From an uncultured delta proteobacterium (GTDB lineage: Bacteria; Desulfobacterota; WTBG01), in assembly GCA_963793865.1 (NCBI GenBank), contig CAWCBP010000006.1:64001-128000 (forward strand): a stretch of 64,000 nt of DNA, given 5' to 3'. Positions within the stretch are counted from its first letter, which is position 1, and each line of letters opens with the position of its first letter. The notes below the pieces were generated by a model, which was given only the letters and a program-made list of their open reading frames with translations, ran no database searches and was not told the DNA's origin. Made by a program: the position numbers and the translations under genes. Shown here piece after piece: positions 60,163-64,000 of this stretch.

Positions 60163-60337
60163 ATTTGAAAAGTTTAATAAAATCGAAAGATAAAACTCTT
60201 GTTTTGGATACTGTTGATGTGCGATATAATGATATAATAATTGAAAAGAAAAAATGCTATGGAGGGACGCGCTCCGTCGCGTCTGAGAAATGTTAATGAA
60301 TAGCCGTAAAGGAATACAAGTCCTGTCCGGAGGTCTG

Positions 60338-60931
60338 ATGATGAAACAAGTCTTGTGGGTCATTGTGTGCTGTGCGCTTTGCTTAGCCGTTGCGATGATG
60401 TGTCCCGGCACGCTGAAATCAAATGAGTATGTGGACAGCGCCGGCCAATGTCTCGAGTGTCATGTTGTTAATTACGGCTCGACTGATCCCGACGAACTGC
60501 ATGTGCGGCACGCGGGAAATACCTGCGGAAGCTGCCATGTGATAGGCGCATATCAGGCAGGTAATGTTAAAGCCCATAAATGTACGCTCTGCCACCTGCA
60601 GAAATGTGCGGGTGTCACTACCCATGAATCGGAACACGGCACTGATTGCCTGAGTTGTCATGTTGAATGCAAGGAGGGTCCTACTACCACCACATCGCGA
60701 CCAGAAGGCCCCTGCCCCGCGGAAGAGATATATGGAGAGCATTCAGCGGAAGCTCAGATGCTGAGAGCCGTCCGCGACAACATTCTGAGTCAAACCCCCG
60801 AAGGCCGCGAGATTATAAAGCTGTATTATCAATGGGCACCCATGATAACCATGGCTGTCAGAAATGACCGGGCCTTGAAAGTGGAGATGCAGGAACTGAT
60901 TGACGGCATCCTGGGATTATCGGTGGAGTAG
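60338..60931 (+). CDS. Secreted tetrahaem cytochrome c with CFI-box-CTERM-like C-terminal domain
   Basis: Signal peptide; CLECH, CGSCH, CTLCH, CLSCH; Thr linker; CPAEEIYG...LRAVRDNIL...GREIIKLYY. Confidence 0.85.
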   Translation: MMKQVLWVIVCCALCLAVAMMCPGTLKSNEYVDSAGQCLECHVVNYGSTDPDELHVRHAGNTCGSCHVIGAYQAGNVKAHKCTLCHLQKCAGVTTHESEHGTDCLSCHVECKEGPTTTTSRPEGPCPAEEIYGEHSAEAQMLRAVRDNILSQTPEGREIIKLYYQWAPMITMAVRNDRALKVEMQELIDGILGLSVE

Positions 60932-61070
60932 GTAACAATAACCTCACTCCGTGTATGGCATAGTCACATAGAATAGTCCTTCATCGTAATAGATGCGCTC
61001 CGCTGCATCCGATTATGTTTTTGCTGCCACGACAGATCGTGGCCCTCCATCCCGCTGTGGACCGTCGACC

Positions 61071-61112
61071 CTGTATCGTGCATCATGGATCCTGCATCTT
61101 GTATCTCGCATC
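61071..61112 (+). repeat. Heptamer array (NNGNATC)x6
   Basis: ctgtatc gtgcatc atggatc ctgcatc ttgtatc tcgcatc. Confidence 0.85.
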
Positions 61113-61118
61113 GTCTCC

Positions 61119-63039
61119 TCACAGCTTCCCCAGTCTCTGCATATCATCGGCCACGTCCCGCAAATTGAGCTTCTCCAGGGTTTCCCGGGTGGGTATGCCG
61201 GTGTTTATATTCCATCCCCGCAACGCGTAATAGTCTTCCAGCATCTTCCCGAACTGTTCCCGTTCAAGCCGACTGCCGTCAAAGGGACCGCCACGGGTTG
61301 GCTCCATCGACCCATTTGCCCCGGAGAAAGTCATCCTCCTTGGTGATGCCCTGCCGCACCCCGTAGCACCGTTCCAATGAGTAAATCCGGTTGGCGCATA
61401 TCCTCATCTGTGCTTCATCCGCTTCGATCCCGGTTACCGCGGAGAACAGATCGGCCATGTCCTGGATATTGATGCCGTGACCGTTGTGCGAGGTCATGAA
61501 CTTGCAAATCTGCAGGGAATCGGCGAGGGTATAAATATCCTGAAAATAAATGACCGGATTTGCCTTGACGTACGAATCGTGCTCCATGATCTCTGCTGAG
61601 CCGAATCTCTTTACCGCCTCTTCCACGGTTATGAGGCTCCTGCCCTTGATGGGGATTTCCAGCATGTTGCTTCCCCGCAGATGGTCGCATCCCCGGGTGG
61701 CGGTCGCAAAACAGAGGGCGGTCCCCTTGAGACCCCTGATGTCCTGTCCGCCGATGACCATGCCCTTGCAGGAGCTTACGCACCGCTCAGCTCCCCTCCC
61801 GATCTGCTGCGCCGCCCTTACCGCCCCGTCGGCCAGCACGGCGCCGAAACCTTCACGCAGGGCAATTTGGGGGATCATCGCAATCATTGATTCGTAGTTA
61901 CCCCATTCAAAACCAAGCCCTCCTGTTTCTTCCTGGGTAATGATGCCTTTCTCATACCATTCCATCACGTAGGACATGAGGCAGCCAAAATCAAGCACGT
62001 CGATGCCGTACTGGTTGCAGAGGTCGTAGATTTTAAAGAGGGAAGGCGCATAGGCGTTCCCGCAGTTGGGGCCGTTGGGGGCGTTGCAGCCCTCGGGGAT
62101 CTTGGTTCCCTTCAAGCCCGCGTAGGGGCCGCTTTTGACCTCCCATTCTTTCATGCAGCCGACGCCGCAGGAGAAGCAGCTTTTGGAGCCGGTGTAAAAA
62201 TCCCGGGCAATGGTTTCACAGGTTACCTGTTCAACCTCCTCAAAGCCTCCCGCCTGTTTGAAATTTTTCACTGACAGAATGCCCGATTCGTTTTCAATTG
62301 CAAGAGGTCCTGCCATGCCGTAGGTTGCAAACATGGGGTAAAACGGCGAGCCCTGGATTTTTTTTCGCAATTGACCGGTGACAAGGCTGAACCGTGTGGG
62401 ATCGGCAACCAGCGGTTTTGCTGTGCCGTCGATTACCGTAATGGCCTTGAGATTTTTTGAACCCATCACCGCGCCCATGCCTGTTCTTCCCGCGACATTG
62501 TGACCGTGCACAACGCATGCCGTTCGAACCAAATTTTCCCCGGCGGGACCAATCACGGCAATCTGAACCTTTTTGCCGCGGACCTGCCGTCGGATGGTTT
62601 GCTCGGTATCGTGGGTTGATGCGCCCCAGAGGTGTTCAGCCGGCTGTATTGAGGCCTTCCCGTCGCCGATGGTTATCATGACGGGTGCTTTCGCCTTCCC
62701 GGTTACCACCACGTGATCAAAACCGCACGCCTTGAGCGCGGGCCCGAAAAAGCCGCCGAAATTGGCGTCGCCCAGGATGCCGGTCAAGGGTGACTTGGCG
62801 CTCACCGTGCAGCGCGGCGTGGAAGGGGCGGTGGTGCCGGAAAGGGGACTGGTTCCCAGGATGAGAACATTTTCAGGCGAAAGAGGCGCCGTGTTCCTGC
62901 CGGTGGCATCATAAAGGATTTTGGAGTTGATGCCGCGGCCCCCGACAAAGTTGCAGCGCAGTTCTTCGCTCAGGGGCTCGCACGTTACCGAGCCGGTTGA
63001 GAGATCAACCTTTAAGAGCGTACCCATCCATCCGTACAT
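61119..63039 (-). CDS. aor: Aldehyde:ferredoxin oxidoreductase family (W/Mo-pterin), with one +1 frameshift near the C-terminus
   Basis: MYGWMG, GGRG, KSPLTG, IGPAGEN, GRTGMGAVMGSKNLKAI, RGCDH. The C-terminal LEDYYALRGW...GIPT.ETL is in a shifted frame from about 61310. Confidence 0.9.
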
Positions 63040-63173
63040 GTCTCGTCTCCTTGAATGACTGAGGTGGTTGTTCCATCTAAACAATTGGCGGGATGATTGT
63101 CAAATTAAAATTAGCCCACGCGGCATCGGCTGTAAAAATTGCTTGACAATGAACATCGCTTCTGAAATAAAAT

Positions 63174-63187
63174 ACTGACCAGTCAGT
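63174..63187. promoter_or_regulatory. Palindromic operator, likely TetR autoregulatory site
   Basis: ACTGAC-CA-GTCAGT, downstream of TTGACA (63143) in the aor/tetR divergent region. Confidence 0.65.
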
Positions 63188-63206
63188 CAATTAATAAGGG
63201 TGCTCT

Positions 63207-63809
63207 ATGGATCATGATCGCAAAGAAGAGAAAAAGGTAAAACAAAAGGAAAAAATATTTAAAGCGGCCGTGACCTGCTTTAATGACAAGGGCTACTATG
63301 AAACCACCATCGACGCCATTGCCGCGCGGATGAAGGTGAGCAAGGGGCTTATATATTATTACTTTGACTCTAAAAAAGACCTCTTCCTCGAACTGTTTCA
63401 ATACCGGGTGGGCAGGTATTTCGAACAAATAAAGAAATATATTCAAGGGGAGAAACACCCTGATGTGCGTTTGAAAATGTTTATCAACAAGTCGAGTGAA
63501 ATCCTGGAAGAGAATGAAGATTTTTTTAAGTTTTGCCTGGAGTTCCTTTCGCTTGGCGTGCGCGAACCGGACATCAGGAAGGTGATGACCATTTTTTACA
63601 AGGATTCCATCGATTCCTTTAAACAGTTGCTTGATGAAGGGGTGCGGTCCGGAAGATTTAAAGACCTGGGATCGGACAGGGTTGCCCGCACCATCTATTT
63701 TCTTTTCATGGGTGTCTTTTTCACCTATTTTTCGGTGAACGTGGATTTTGACCTGTACAAACAGCACAACTTCCACATTAACAACATCCTTGCCGCCATA
63801 AAAAAATAG
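63207..63809 (+). CDS. TetR/AcrR family transcriptional regulator
   Basis: IFKAA..CF..KGY..TTIDAIA...VSKGLIYYYF.SK.DLF. Confidence 0.95.
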   Translation: MDHDRKEEKKVKQKEKIFKAAVTCFNDKGYYETTIDAIAARMKVSKGLIYYYFDSKKDLFLELFQYRVGRYFEQIKKYIQGEKHPDVRLKMFINKSSEILEENEDFFKFCLEFLSLGVREPDIRKVMTIFYKDSIDSFKQLLDEGVRSGRFKDLGSDRVARTIYFLFMGVFFTYFSVNVDFDLYKQHNFHINNILAAIKK

Positions 63810-63864
63810 CACGCACCGGCATGAATGACATCTTTCATAAACATACAATATCGAGGAGGAGGCA

Positions 63865-64000
63865 ATGAATGAATGCATGCCAAAAAAAGGGATCGTATTG
63901 TTCGGCATGATATGTATCGTGACCTGTTGTGCAATGAGCACACTCAGCGCTAAAGAAGGGGTTGGCCAATCAGCTTCAAAGGAAGCAAAGGCTATCGAGG
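63865..64000 (+). CDS. 5' part of a probably secreted protein (runs off the window)
   Basis: SD gaggaggagg; MNECMPKKGIVLFGMICIVTCCAMSTLSAKEG..., open to the edge. Confidence 0.6.
   Translation, partial: MNECMPKKGIVLFGMICIVTCCAMSTLSAKEGVGQSASKEAKAIE

Overview
Chromosomal window from an anaerobic Gram-negative bacterium with Desulfobacterota/Deltaproteobacteria-like gene content. The GC-rich backbone carries a PEGA/SUMF1-TPR-lipoprotein cluster, iorAB-paaK, ribF, an orphan Na+-decarboxylase beta/gamma pair, selB, dksA/traR, tadA-tRNA-Ser x2-ffs-dnaX-ybaB-recR, ferredoxin-porCDAB, a peptidoglycan-recycling operon (nagZ-namZ-murU-amgK-mltA), a tetrahaem cytochrome c, an aldehyde:ferredoxin oxidoreductase and TetR. 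A visibly AT-rich ~21 kb island (~10.3-31.7 kb) abuts the 3' end of tRNA-Leu(CAG). It encodes four multi-PAS histidine kinases without a stand-alone response regulator, two PilT-type ATPases, a PilZ protein, two c-di-GMP-I riboswitches built as transcriptional ON switches, secreted proteins and three island-specific repeat families. The most unusual non-genic signal is a system of inverted heptamer tandem arrays, (GATRTGN)n...(NCAYATC)n. These arrays bracket a four-helix-bundle (TIGR02436-like) gene and recur at several other intergenic sites, either empty, nested, or around other cargo. Several genes are broken by +1 insertions in short homopolymers, probably assembly errors. All family assignments come from motif recognition; no searches were run.
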